A DNA stretch of 57,937 nucleotides, taken from positions 1 to 57,937 of the forward strand of contig JAKFWZ010000053.1 in the NCBI GenBank assembly GCA_021731695.1, written 5' to 3'. This DNA comes from Candidatus Daviesbacteria bacterium (lineage in GTDB: Bacteria > Patescibacteriota > Microgenomatia > Daviesbacterales > UBA10151). Below, piece after piece: positions 38,657 to 47,957 of the stretch; position 1 is the first letter of the stretch; each line of letters starts with the position of its first letter. The notes below the pieces were generated by a model. It worked only from the letters and a program-made list of their open reading frames with translations, searched no databases and had not been told where the DNA came from. Position numbers and translations under genes: made by a program.

Positions 38657-39533
38657 AAGTCCAAAGTTTTTTATCTTCGGGCCAGGTGGGAACGGGCATA
38701 AATTTTTCAATTAGCCACGAAAATGGATGAATCATGCCTGGTTCTTCATTATTCATCCAGTGATTCGTTGCCCATTGCCAGCCGCCTTTGGATTGAATTC
38801 CCAGCTTGTGTCTCCTTAATGCATTGCCTGCAACCTCCTTGTAGTAGCGGGCATTTTTAAACAAATGAGCGTACCAGGTGTTTTTATTAACCTTGACTTC
38901 GCCTCCACCTAACCAATATTTTAATCCAACCTCCATTTGCTCCGCACCAAAAGGGCTGTAGGCTGTTACTCTGTCATCCAAAAATCCCACTTTCTTCATA
39001 AAATACTTTCTGTTGGCAATATAACAGCTTCCCTGCATGATCATAGTATCGTCTATTAAATGATCCTTTCTTTCAACTGCCCGCGCTTTCCACTCAATAG
39101 GGAACATCGCTTTGCCAAAGATTCCGCTGGCGACGGGATATGTTAAATAGTGATAATCCTTGGGCGGGAAGCGCATATCCCTTTTCCAGCCGTCAGCATA
39201 TAAGGAATATCTCCTCGGAACAACCAGCCAGTTTTCTTCCATATTGCCGGTGATAATTTTGTCAAAACCCGGACCAAAAACGCAGTGCGCGTCACACTTC
39301 ATAATATATTTACCGCGTGCCACCTTGAGTCCTTTATTAATTCCGCCCCGCATGCCTAATGGAGATTTCGGGTAATTAAACTTAACCCGCGGATCATTTC
39401 TCGGGAACTCAACCGGAATTCCGTCATCGACATTTACAAAGATTTCTATTTTACCTTTCGCGTTATCTAAAATACTGTCGATTGTTTGGAGTAGATAAGG
39501 TTCTTTGTACGAGGGGATAATTATCGAAAGCAT
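38649..39533 (-). CDS. GT2 glycosyltransferase
   Basis: 'MLSIIIPSYKE..L..TI', 'MKCDAHC', 'MQGSC', 'TWYAHLF'. Confidence 0.85.
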   Translation of the reverse strand: MLSIIIPSYKEPYLLQTIDSILDNAKGKIEIFVNVDDGIPVEFPRNDPRVKFNYPKSPLGMRGGINKGLKVARGKYIMKCDAHCVFGPGFDKIITGNMEENWLVVPRRYSLYADGWKRDMRFPPKDYHYLTYPVASGIFGKAMFPIEWKARAVERKDHLIDDTMIMQGSCYIANRKYFMKKVGFLDDRVTAYSPFGAEQMEVGLKYWLGGGEVKVNKNTWYAHLFKNARYYKEVAGNALRRHKLGIQSKGGWQWATNHWMNNEEPGMIHPFSWLIEKFMPVPTWPEDKKLWTYD

Positions 39534-39579
39534 AGAGTTTTTTTATCAGACTCTTTTTTCCCACATCAGGCTAGAACTG

Positions 39580-40710
39580 TCAAGGCTGAGCTGTGTTTTT
39601 CGTCGATTTTAAAACACCGAGTTTTGACATTTTTAACTGGGTTTTTTTAAGAATGGTGGCATTCATATCCTGAGATTTAAACCATTTTATAAACTGCGCG
39701 ATATTTTCTTTTTCAGAATATTCAGGTTTCCAGCCGAGTGATTTGAGCTTTTTTATATCAGAAAATGCATGCCTGATATCGCCTGCGCGGTAGCTGCTGT
39801 TAGGTTTAATCTCAGGCTTGATTCCTAATTGATTTGAAATCTGTTTTGCTAAATCCGAGACTGAATATCCTTTTCCGCTGCCGACATTAAAAACTTCATA
39901 ATCAGCTTTTGAAGATTCCATAGCGAGAACATTCGCCGAAGCTACATCTAAAACTGAAACATAATCTCTAATCTGTGCTCCATCTTCGAAGATCGTAGGG
40001 TTTTCGCCTGATGCTAATTGAAGCGTAAAAATTCTTAAAGCGCCCGAATAGACATTTTTAAATGATTGTCTCGCGCCGTGAACAATTGAATATCTCAAAG
40101 CTGTTGAAGGAATATCATGTAATCTGCCGAAATTGATTGCCATTAATTCCTGAGTATATTTAGAAATAGCATAGGCGTTCGGCGGATCATTATGATCTTC
40201 GGTATTCGGCAGTGAAGCAATCTTCCCTTTGCACTTTGGGCATTTAGGATCCCAAATGCCTTTTTCTAAATCTGATTCGGGCCTGTCTTTTGGATAAACG
40301 ATTCCGTCTTTAGAGCATTTCCATTTGCCCTGACCGTAAACGAATTGAGATGAAGCTACGACAATTTTTTTGACGGGCAACTGCTGCGAGACTATAACTT
40401 CATAAAGATTCGCAGTGCCTGTAATATTGATTGAAGTGAATTTTGAAAATTCAGGCATTAAATCCATCCAGGCTGCGAGATGAATTACATATGAAATGCC
40501 ATCCAGAGCTTTTTTCCAGTCGTTCTTATTCCAAACATCGCCTTTGATTTTTTCAATTCTTTTATCTAAATATTCCGGCCATTTTCCGTTGTGGGTTTTA
40601 GGTGAGAGGTTGTCAAGAATTCTGACAGAGTAGCCTTTTTTAAGAAGAAGATCTGCGGTGTGTGACCCGATGAATCCCGCTCCGCCGGATACTAAAACCC
40701 TGGTTTTCAT
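39580..40710 (-). CDS. NAD-dependent sugar epimerase/dehydratase
   Basis: 'VSGGAGFIGSH', YxxxK 'YAISK', 'DG.QIRDYV'. Confidence 0.9.
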   Translation of the reverse strand: MKTRVLVSGGAGFIGSHTADLLLKKGYSVRILDNLSPKTHNGKWPEYLDKRIEKIKGDVWNKNDWKKALDGISYVIHLAAWMDLMPEFSKFTSINITGTANLYEVIVSQQLPVKKIVVASSQFVYGQGKWKCSKDGIVYPKDRPESDLEKGIWDPKCPKCKGKIASLPNTEDHNDPPNAYAISKYTQELMAINFGRLHDIPSTALRYSIVHGARQSFKNVYSGALRIFTLQLASGENPTIFEDGAQIRDYVSVLDVASANVLAMESSKADYEVFNVGSGKGYSVSDLAKQISNQLGIKPEIKPNSSYRAGDIRHAFSDIKKLKSLGWKPEYSEKENIAQFIKWFKSQDMNATILKKTQLKMSKLGVLKSTKNTAQP

Positions 40711-40743
40711 TGTGCTATTATACCCGCGCTTACCCTAATTACT

Positions 40744-41436
40744 ATGCAGGCTGTTATTTTATGTGCCGGTAAAGGCACGAGATTGAATCCACTAACTGAA
40801 ACGTTACCTAAAGTTATGCTTCCTGTTGGCGGACAACCGCTTCTGGGCAGGCACATAAAACATCTTAAAAAATATGGAATCAACGAGATCTTCATTAATC
40901 TGCATTATCTGCCTGATTCTATAACAGATTATCTTGGGACAGGGGAAAAGTTCAATGTCAAAATAACTTATTCAAACGAAAAAGAACTTTTGGGGACCGG
41001 AGGAGCATTAAATTCATTTAAAAAAACACTAAAAAAGACATTCTTTTTACTATTCGGAGATATTCTTACCCAGTTAGATATAGATAAATTATTGAAGTTT
41101 CATAAAGAAAAAAACGCAGATATTACAGCAGTTGTTGCTGAAACAGATCATCCTTTAGATAGTGACCTGGTAAGTTTTTCGCCTGATTTTAAAATAGGGA
41201 AGATTTACTTTAAGCCGCACAAGAATAAGCCTGAAACCGGTTACGGACTGGCAGCTGTTTATATGATTGAGGCTGAAGCTTTGGGGTCTTTGCCGGAGGG
41301 AACTTTTGAATTTGAAAAAGGGTTTTTACAAAAACTGGTAGAGGAGGGGAAGTCAGTATATGCTTATATGACTAATGAATTGGTTAAGGATATTGGAACG
41401 CCTGAGAGATATGCCAAAGTTAAGAACCAGGTTTAA
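40744..41436 (+). CDS. Sugar-phosphate nucleotidyltransferase
   Basis: 'AVILCAGKGTRL.PLT..LPK', 'LLGTGGA', 'DIGTPERY'. Confidence 0.9.
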   Translation: MQAVILCAGKGTRLNPLTETLPKVMLPVGGQPLLGRHIKHLKKYGINEIFINLHYLPDSITDYLGTGEKFNVKITYSNEKELLGTGGALNSFKKTLKKTFFLLFGDILTQLDIDKLLKFHKEKNADITAVVAETDHPLDSDLVSFSPDFKIGKIYFKPHKNKPETGYGLAAVYMIEAEALGSLPEGTFEFEKGFLQKLVEEGKSVYAYMTNELVKDIGTPERYAKVKNQV

Positions 41437-42212
41437 ATACCCCATTTAGGTCTAATTTCTTTTTCATAATAGTCCCGCCAGACCTTCAAAGAATAATCCC
41501 AGCTTTGTTCATTGTTTGATGGATTTTCTTTTGTGCCGTTATTATGCGTCCTTGGAAAATCTCTGTGCTTGTGTGCATGCCATGTATTTTTATTGACCAT
41601 TAATTTGCCTCCGGCCTGCCAGGCTTTAAAGACCATTTCATGACTATCCTGATAGTGTGGTCCATAGCCTTCAGTCTGAAGCTCTCCGACAACTTTATCC
41701 CACCAATCTCTCTTCATAACCCAACAGCTTCCCTGCATTGCCATCGACTCCTGAATTGGCTCATTATCATTTCCCGGGGCTTCAACACCTGAGAATTTTT
41801 GACCTGCACCCGCGCCAACAATCTTAAGTTTCATAAAATCAACTGGCGGAATATTCATAACCTCCCATTTAACCGGATCAAGGAAATATCTTCGTGGAGT
41901 AACTATCCAGTTTGGTTCCAGATCGCGGGTTAAGATAACGTCATAGCCTTTGCCGAACGAACAATGTTCATCAGTTCTCATAATAAATTCGCCTTGCGCA
42001 ACAGCAACTCCGGCATTAATTGCGCCTCTCATTCCGCGGTTCCGCCCTAAATGTACAACTTTAACTCTTTCGTCAGAATTAAGAGGGGTTTCAGGCCAAT
42101 AACCATCTAAAACTGCAATGATTTCTATTTCCCCTTCGGCATTATCTAAAAGCGACTGAATTGTTTTGTGAAGCAGGGGATCTTTGTATGAGGGAATAAT
42201 GATAGATAACAT
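41433..42212 (-). CDS. GT2 glycosyltransferase
   Basis: 'MLSIIIPSYKD', 'GMRGAIN', 'MRTDEHC', 'MQGSCW'. Confidence 0.85.
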   Translation of the reverse strand: MLSIIIPSYKDPLLHKTIQSLLDNAEGEIEIIAVLDGYWPETPLNSDERVKVVHLGRNRGMRGAINAGVAVAQGEFIMRTDEHCSFGKGYDVILTRDLEPNWIVTPRRYFLDPVKWEVMNIPPVDFMKLKIVGAGAGQKFSGVEAPGNDNEPIQESMAMQGSCWVMKRDWWDKVVGELQTEGYGPHYQDSHEMVFKAWQAGGKLMVNKNTWHAHKHRDFPRTHNNGTKENPSNNEQSWDYSLKVWRDYYEKEIRPKWGI

Positions 42213-42257
42213 AGCGCGATTATATGAAGGGAGCCTCTATTTTACAAGCTGTGGGGT

Positions 42258-42917
42258 TTAGAAGACGTTATTGTAGTAGTCATAACTGAGTTTTTTCCTT
42301 GAGCCCCAGCCTGAAGGGAAGTTTACTTCGCCTTTCGCATAGCGGAACGAGCCAGTATCTGTATCTACTTTCATAATGAACCAGTTGCCGGTTTTATTTG
42401 TATAACCATAAAAGGCAATCTCTTCATCGTCAATTTCACTGATGGTATATCCGTCTGTCGGTTGATTTTCCGCCGGATTAATTTTATTTCCGGTTGTATC
42501 TTCAAGAAAGACCTTGCTCTGGGGACCGCTGTTATTGCCAAGGAAAAGATTCTCAGCCTTTTTATTGAAAAGAGAGAATAAGAATAAGGTTACACCTGCA
42601 CCACCGATTAACTTCAAAAACGCTCTCTTATCGATATCAGCTATGCCAAAACCTTTTTTGCCTTCTGTTTCTTCCTCAGCTTTTTCAGTCTGTTTTTCTG
42701 GTTTAGCGTCTAAAACTGTTTCGAAGGCAAAATTATCAGATTCATCAAACTGCTTTCTGGCCCGCAGAGGAAGCATTCTGTAGGCAAAATAAATTAATAC
42801 AGGATAGAGGACGATAGCCAGAGTTAATTGAGCGTAATTCGTTGCAGTCATAAAAGCTGCAATAACAGCCAGACATGCGATGACGAAACTTGAATAGGCC
42901 AGTAAAATTCTTTGCAT
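42258..42917 (-). CDS. Membrane protein with internal twin-arginine-like motif
   Basis: Two N-terminal TMs, then 'DIDKRAFLKLIGGAGVTLFLFSLF' and a soluble C-terminal domain. Confidence 0.65.
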   Translation of the reverse strand: MQRILLAYSSFVIACLAVIAAFMTATNYAQLTLAIVLYPVLIYFAYRMLPLRARKQFDESDNFAFETVLDAKPEKQTEKAEEETEGKKGFGIADIDKRAFLKLIGGAGVTLFLFSLFNKKAENLFLGNNSGPQSKVFLEDTTGNKINPAENQPTDGYTISEIDDEEIAFYGYTNKTGNWFIMKVDTDTGSFRYAKGEVNFPSGWGSRKKLSYDYYNNVF

Positions 42918-42919
42918 AC

Positions 42920-43987
42920 TTATTGAATCTCCTTAATCTCGGCAAATTTTTCTGATATAAAACCTTCTGCTTCATAAAACCTGATTCGATACCATGAAGA
43001 ATCGGCAGAGATCATTTGAAAAATCTGGCCATCCAAGGCTTTGCCGATTGTTGCTGATTCAGTTGAAGGCTTTTCTCTGATACTTATGGAATCAGCGCCT
43101 AAAGTGTTAATAGAAAGAAAAGCTGATGTCGATGCCGGTGTTATGAAATCCGGTCCGGCGGCACCTTCCTCTCTTTTTACCTGAGCTGCTTTTGTTGATT
43201 CTGTGGCCTCTTTGTAATCTAAAGCTCCTTCTATAAGGGTTTGCATATATTCCAACGTTCCGGCATCAGGTGCTTTCTCTTTTTCCTGAGTTTTTTCCAG
43301 ATCCTCTAATTCCTTTGGTGTCAGTATCGACGGGTTATCATCTATAAGAGTTATTCCGGAAAGTAGGGCTTTTGTCTGAGCAGTATGTGCTTTTATTTTT
43401 TCTGTAGAGGCAAGAGTGATATTTGTTACGCCTATTGCAATAAGTAATCCAAAAATAACAGTTAAAGCAAGCATTTCAGGTGCTTTATGTAATACTCCTT
43501 GCAGGAACTGGTTTTGCAAAAAAGGGGAGGAATAAGATTCATTTTTTTGTGATGAAGGCTTGGTTACCTCAGTTTTAACAGGTTTTTCAATAATATACTC
43601 ATCAGAGCTGTACTTCTCTTTTGATTTAAGAGCTTTCTTGCCGGCAAAATAACCACTTTTTAGAAAAGCATCTAAAGAGGTCTTCGTATAAACTCTCTCT
43701 TTTGCATGATTCCTCTTTGGTACGAGAAGACCTCTTTTTTCCAGCCTTCTAAGAGTAGTAGGAGAGATGCCCAGCTTGCGTGATGCTTCTGATATAGATA
43801 GAGGTTTACCGGATTTGTGGTTTGCGAGCTCTTCGAGTGTGAAATAGCGATTTTTACCATCAAGCCTTACTGAATGTAAGACTCCAGAGTTATCCCATCT
43901 TCTGATTGTGTCAATTGAAACACCCAGAAGCTTGGCAGCTTGAGATATTGAAACTAATTTTTTTTGCTTAGGCAGAACGGCGCTCAT
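42920..43987 (-). CDS. Double MerR-type HTH + TM + SH3-like domain protein
   Basis: 'SISQAAKLLGVSIDTIRRWD', 'SISEASRKLGISPTTLRRLE', TM, 'IREKPS..S..IG....WYRI....GFIS'. Confidence 0.75.
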   Translation of the reverse strand: MSAVLPKQKKLVSISQAAKLLGVSIDTIRRWDNSGVLHSVRLDGKNRYFTLEELANHKSGKPLSISEASRKLGISPTTLRRLEKRGLLVPKRNHAKERVYTKTSLDAFLKSGYFAGKKALKSKEKYSSDEYIIEKPVKTEVTKPSSQKNESYSSPFLQNQFLQGVLHKAPEMLALTVIFGLLIAIGVTNITLASTEKIKAHTAQTKALLSGITLIDDNPSILTPKELEDLEKTQEKEKAPDAGTLEYMQTLIEGALDYKEATESTKAAQVKREEGAAGPDFITPASTSAFLSINTLGADSISIREKPSTESATIGKALDGQIFQMISADSSWYRIRFYEAEGFISEKFAEIKEIQ

Positions 43988-44076
43988 ATTTTTCTATGTA
44001 TTGGTTATCCTCTGCTTAGGTAACCCTTACTCCGCATTTCCGTCTGCTTAGCTAGTTTCTCTGTTAGGCTAGATAG

Positions 44077-44137
44077 TTGTCAACAATTGACAAAGTTTGT
44101 TTATAAATGTTTATAATTGTTTACTATTGTTTAATTC
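44077..44137. promoter_or_regulatory. Divergent promoter region with 10-bp phased direct repeats
   Basis: TTGACA(44087)-19 bp-TATAAT(44112); TGTTTA x4 at 44098, 44108, 44118, 44128; opposite-strand TTGACA at 44078-44083. Confidence 0.65.
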
Positions 44138-44151
44138 GTTAGCTTTAAAAT

Positions 44152-44427
44152 ATGGAAGAACTTTTCACAGTTGAACAGGTGGCCAAACTCTTAAAAGTCC
44201 ACCAAATTACAGTTAGAAGGTATGTAAAAGAGGGCAAATTAAAAGCTTTTCGTGCTGGAGGTAATGTCAGGATCTCAGCAGAAGCACTAAAATCATTTAC
44301 TCAGAGTTTTGTTCCTAAAATTAAAAACCCCAAAGCCGCCTCAGCTGAGGCTAATTTCTCCTTTGATGACCCTCTTTTCAGGCTTAAGGCGAGAGGACTT
44401 GGTATGAGCAGATTGGATCAAAAATGA
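44152..44427 (+). CDS. Excisionase/BldC-like HTH protein
   Basis: 'LFTVEQVAKLLKVH..TVRRYVKEGKLKAFRAGG.VRIS'. Confidence 0.85.
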   Translation: MEELFTVEQVAKLLKVHQITVRRYVKEGKLKAFRAGGNVRISAEALKSFTQSFVPKIKNPKAASAEANFSFDDPLFRLKARGLGMSRLDQK

Positions 44428-44534
44428 GATTCCGCAAGCTGACGCATGCGGCATCTCCTGTTCGTTGGAACAATAAATATGCCTACAACAAGTAAAAAGA
44501 GATTTAAGATCAAAGATCGCAAAAATTTATTCTT

Positions 44535-44963
44535 ATGACTGTAATACGGCGCAAAATTTTTATTGATTCTTCTATATTGATTGCCTTTATAGACAGAGGT
44601 GATCCAAACCATCTTAAGGCTACAAAGGCGATAGAGGACATGGCAGGCATTGGTTGCCGTCTTTATACGAGTTCTGAGGTCGTTTCAACTTCATATGGCC
44701 TTTTAGCCCGGACTGTGGGTATCACAGTTGCTCTGGAGTTTCTTCAGGCAATGACCCAGTCAGGAATAGAGATATTATATCCGCAAAAGGCAGACTTAAT
44801 AACTTCATATAGGATTCTTAAGGTTCACCGGGATGAAAAGATTTCACTTAGAGAAGCGATTAGTGCTACTTTGATGCAGAAAAAGGGAATTAACCAAATA
44901 TTAACCTTAGCTCACTGGAATAATTTATTTGGTACAACTGTCAGCAACATTACTTCTGTCTAG
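44535..44963 (+). CDS. PIN-domain (VapC-like) protein
   Basis: 'IFIDSSILIA..D..D.NH..A'; several later catalytic acids appear substituted. Confidence 0.75.
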   Translation: MTVIRRKIFIDSSILIAFIDRGDPNHLKATKAIEDMAGIGCRLYTSSEVVSTSYGLLARTVGITVALEFLQAMTQSGIEILYPQKADLITSYRILKVHRDEKISLREAISATLMQKKGINQILTLAHWNNLFGTTVSNITSV

Positions 44964-45486
44964 CAGGATCAAAAATGGTCAACTTATGCATAGGTGGTCA
45001 ACTTTGGCATAGGTCTGTGAAAAAATATTCTATCCTATAAAATAATTTTTTCAAAAAAAATGCGATTTTAAGGACTTTTTACGATTATAGGTTATTCAAG
45101 AAATGCATAACGGCCAAGAATTCTTAAATGTCACAAAAGACTTTAAATCCGAGTGATCAATAAAAGTACTCTTTAATAGGCTGTTACAACAGGCTGATTA
45201 AAGTGGAGCCCGAATAGTTAGAGTCTATGAAATAGAGATTTAAAGAGGATATTTTCTCAATAGCGAAAAATTCCTTTAAATATAAGCCTTTTTCAATATA
45301 CATTTTTTTATATCAAAATAATATTTATTTTAATAACATTTATATGTTAATAGAAAACAATTAAAATTGTATATTGTGCTGCAAGCAAATTGAAGCAGAA
45401 GCGGGAAGTTTTATACATTTTTTGAGGAATAAAAAAAACGACTATAATGAACTCCTTAAACCCTTAGTCCGGGCTCTAATAAATAC

Positions 45487-45515
45487 TTGACATCATTGAT
45501 ATAAGCTTTTATTAT
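45487..45515 (+). promoter_or_regulatory. Sigma70-type promoter
   Basis: TTGACA-17 bp-TATTAT. Confidence 0.55.
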
Positions 45516-45544
45516 TATTTTAGTACACTTAATCTATCATAGGC

Positions 45545-45844
45545 ATGAATGAACCAATTTTAACAATTTCTATCGCAGCAAAACTTTTAAATATCCACCC
45601 GAGGACAATAATGTTGTATGAAAGAACAAAACTATTCAAACCGCATAGAACTGATACACAGAGACGAATGTTCTCGGATAGGGATTTGGAAGATCTGCAG
45701 TTCATTAAGTTCTTAACTCAGAAAAAAGGCATAAATCTTCAGGGTGTAAAAATTCTTTTGGAGGCTATAGAGAGGGCTGCAAAAGGTGGAGTTAATCTTA
45801 AGAGCTCGCTTTTTCCTGAATTTAAGGCCGAGAAATTGTTTTAA
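45545..45844 (+). CDS. MerR-family regulator (HspR-like)
   Basis: 'ISIAAKLL.IHPRTI.LYE....P.RT....R.FS..DL..L..I..LTQ.KGINLQGVK'. Confidence 0.8.
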   Translation: MNEPILTISIAAKLLNIHPRTIMLYERTKLFKPHRTDTQRRMFSDRDLEDLQFIKFLTQKKGINLQGVKILLEAIERAAKGGVNLKSSLFPEFKAEKLF

Positions 45845-45970
45845 GGCGGCTTTGGGTTCTGATGATATGAATAACTACATTATTGCGAAGCAAAAGAAAA
45901 TGCAGACGATAGTCTGCGATATCTTATTATATAGTGGTTATATATTAAGACATAGTATTGAGCCTGAATC

Positions 45971-46765
45971 CTAATTTTCTTTCTGAAGAATGCTTGATAA
46001 ATCCCAGATGATATAAACGATACCAACGCCCAAAAAATAAGCTGTTAAGGTATACATCAGGTCTGATATGTCTCCGTTAAAATAAGTTCCTGCTGAAGTG
46101 TTGATCGAAAATAAATAGTCACCTATAGTCTGACCGATCATAGCAATAATAAGTAGAATCAGCCCGATATGAGTTTTTCCGCTAGAGGCCTTGGCTGCAA
46201 TATAAATTAGTGAAATAAGGAAAATATCAGCCAGAGGGTAAGCTAAGTTAAAAATTCTCTCCAGTAGATCTGCATTTGGAGTTAAGTTTGGAGGATTTGT
46301 GAGTAAAATGAAAAATCCTGCAATAATACCTGCGACAATCCCTTCGATAACCATTCTTCTGGTTAAAACCAGCTTAAAAATATCTAAAGTGACAAAAATG
46401 CCTGCAGCTAAAAGGGGGTAAAACAAAATAAAGAATAAGTCGGCAATAGAAGGATATGGCACTTCAACCTGCAACGCTAAATTAAAATATGCCCAAATTA
46501 AAAGCCCGATTCCATAAGAAACTGTGGCTAAACCTAAAAATAATAAGCCTCTGCTGGTTTTTGAAACTCCGGCTAAGCTCTTGCTGCCGTAAAGAGCAAT
46601 TGAGCCACTGGCAATATACAGGAATGCGTAAGCAACGTTGTACCAGTAGTTATAGAGCGTGGTTTTATATTGAAGAGCAAGTAGGAGAATATCCCACATC
46701 AACAAAATGACTATGGCTACTGATAATCCGATTAGCAGCAAATTCTTCGGAAAAGAGAAGTGCAT
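45971..46765 (-). CDS. Polytopic membrane protein resembling a stand-alone membrane sensor domain
   Basis: 'VPYPSIADLFF', 'LAYPLAD' motifs, about 8 TMs, no output domain. Confidence 0.6.
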   Translation of the reverse strand: MHFSFPKNLLLIGLSVAIVILLMWDILLLALQYKTTLYNYWYNVAYAFLYIASGSIALYGSKSLAGVSKTSRGLLFLGLATVSYGIGLLIWAYFNLALQVEVPYPSIADLFFILFYPLLAAGIFVTLDIFKLVLTRRMVIEGIVAGIIAGFFILLTNPPNLTPNADLLERIFNLAYPLADIFLISLIYIAAKASSGKTHIGLILLIIAMIGQTIGDYLFSINTSAGTYFNGDISDLMYTLTAYFLGVGIVYIIWDLSSILQKEN

Positions 46766-46920
46766 ATAAGAATAAATGTAGCTTATATTGTGGGTTGATA
46801 CAACCGGCTTTCTGTGCAAGAATAAATTGGTAAAGCTGCTTTAATGGATTTATCCTGAAGCTAAAAGCTTATAGACTCAGCTTTAGGGAATTGAGACCAG
46901 TTTTGGCTATGTCAAATCTG

Positions 46921-47023
46921 TCGCAATTCCGAAGGAAATTTAGATACTCGGCGAAGTCGAATGTATCGCAATTCCTTCGAAGAAGGAATTTAGAAACTTA
47001 AGTTTCGCAATTCCGAAGGAATT
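46921..47023. repeat. Three small hairpin repeats
   Basis: tcgcaattcc-(ga/ttcgaaga)-agga(a)att at 46921, 46966, 47005. Confidence 0.7.
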
Positions 47024-47028
47024 ATCTC

Positions 47029-47955
47029 ATGCGTATAAATATTGTTTTACGGCTGGTACTGGCCGTTGTCTTTGCGTTGACCGCTTTTATTTTTTCGGAA
47101 GTAGTTCCGGACGTCCCTCCTTTTAACAGGATTTTTTTAAGAATTATCATTACCATTTGGTTTGGACTGATGGGTTATGGATTATTTCCTGATCTGGCAA
47201 AGTTGATCTCAACTGTCACTATAAAATTTATAAACAACTTCACTAGCAGATTATCAGCCGAGATTACAACCCAGATTATGAGAATTCAACGTGCGCAGGC
47301 CGGATTTAATATTGGTCAGCCTGTTTCGCAAATCGGCGGAGTTTCAGTTAATCATCCGCTAATTCTGGATACTTCGGCGATTATCGACGGAAGGATTTTG
47401 GATATTGCTAAAACTTCTTTTCTGTCAGGCACAGTTTTGGTCCCAAGCTTTATTTTAATTGAGCTTCAACAGGTTGCTGATTCAGCAGATTATCTAAAAC
47501 GTCAGAGAGGAAGACGGGGATTTGAAATTGTTGATGAGCTCAAAAAGGTAAAAGGCCTCAGGATTGAAATCTGGGACAAGGATACCGCAGGTAAGAATCC
47601 TGATGAAAAGTTAGTTAAAATGGCCAAAAACCTTCATGGAAAGATTATTACAACTGATTACAATCTGAATCGTCTGGCCACTGTTTCCAATATTACTGTC
47701 TTAAATATTAATGAACTGGCCAATTCTGTGCGTTCAATTGCTATCCCGGGTGAGATGCTAAAAATAAAAGTAATTCATCTGGGTAAAGATCCGAAGCAGG
47801 GCATAGGTTATTTGCCTGACGGAACAATGATCGTTGTTGAAGACGGTGCTGAGCTTGTTGGCAGAGAAGTTGAAACTGAAGTGTCCCGTCTTATTCAGGT
47901 TGCAGCCGGCCGAATGATCTTTGTTAAATTGTCGAAGGATTCGAAAGGGTCGTAA
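47029..47955 (+). CDS. PIN/TRAM-domain membrane protein (YacL-like)
   Basis: 'ILDTSAIIDGRI', 'RGRRG', 'TTDYNLN', 'QGIGYL.DGTMIVVE', 'GRMIF'. Confidence 0.9.
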   Translation: MRINIVLRLVLAVVFALTAFIFSEVVPDVPPFNRIFLRIIITIWFGLMGYGLFPDLAKLISTVTIKFINNFTSRLSAEITTQIMRIQRAQAGFNIGQPVSQIGGVSVNHPLILDTSAIIDGRILDIAKTSFLSGTVLVPSFILIELQQVADSADYLKRQRGRRGFEIVDELKKVKGLRIEIWDKDTAGKNPDEKLVKMAKNLHGKIITTDYNLNRLATVSNITVLNINELANSVRSIAIPGEMLKIKVIHLGKDPKQGIGYLPDGTMIVVEDGAELVGREVETEVSRLIQVAAGRMIFVKLSKDSKGS

Positions 47956-47957
47956 GT

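Noticed and set aside
11892-44427. Intact prophage
   Set aside because: Phage-like modules and an Xis-like gene are present, but no integrase, terminase, portal, capsid or lysis genes
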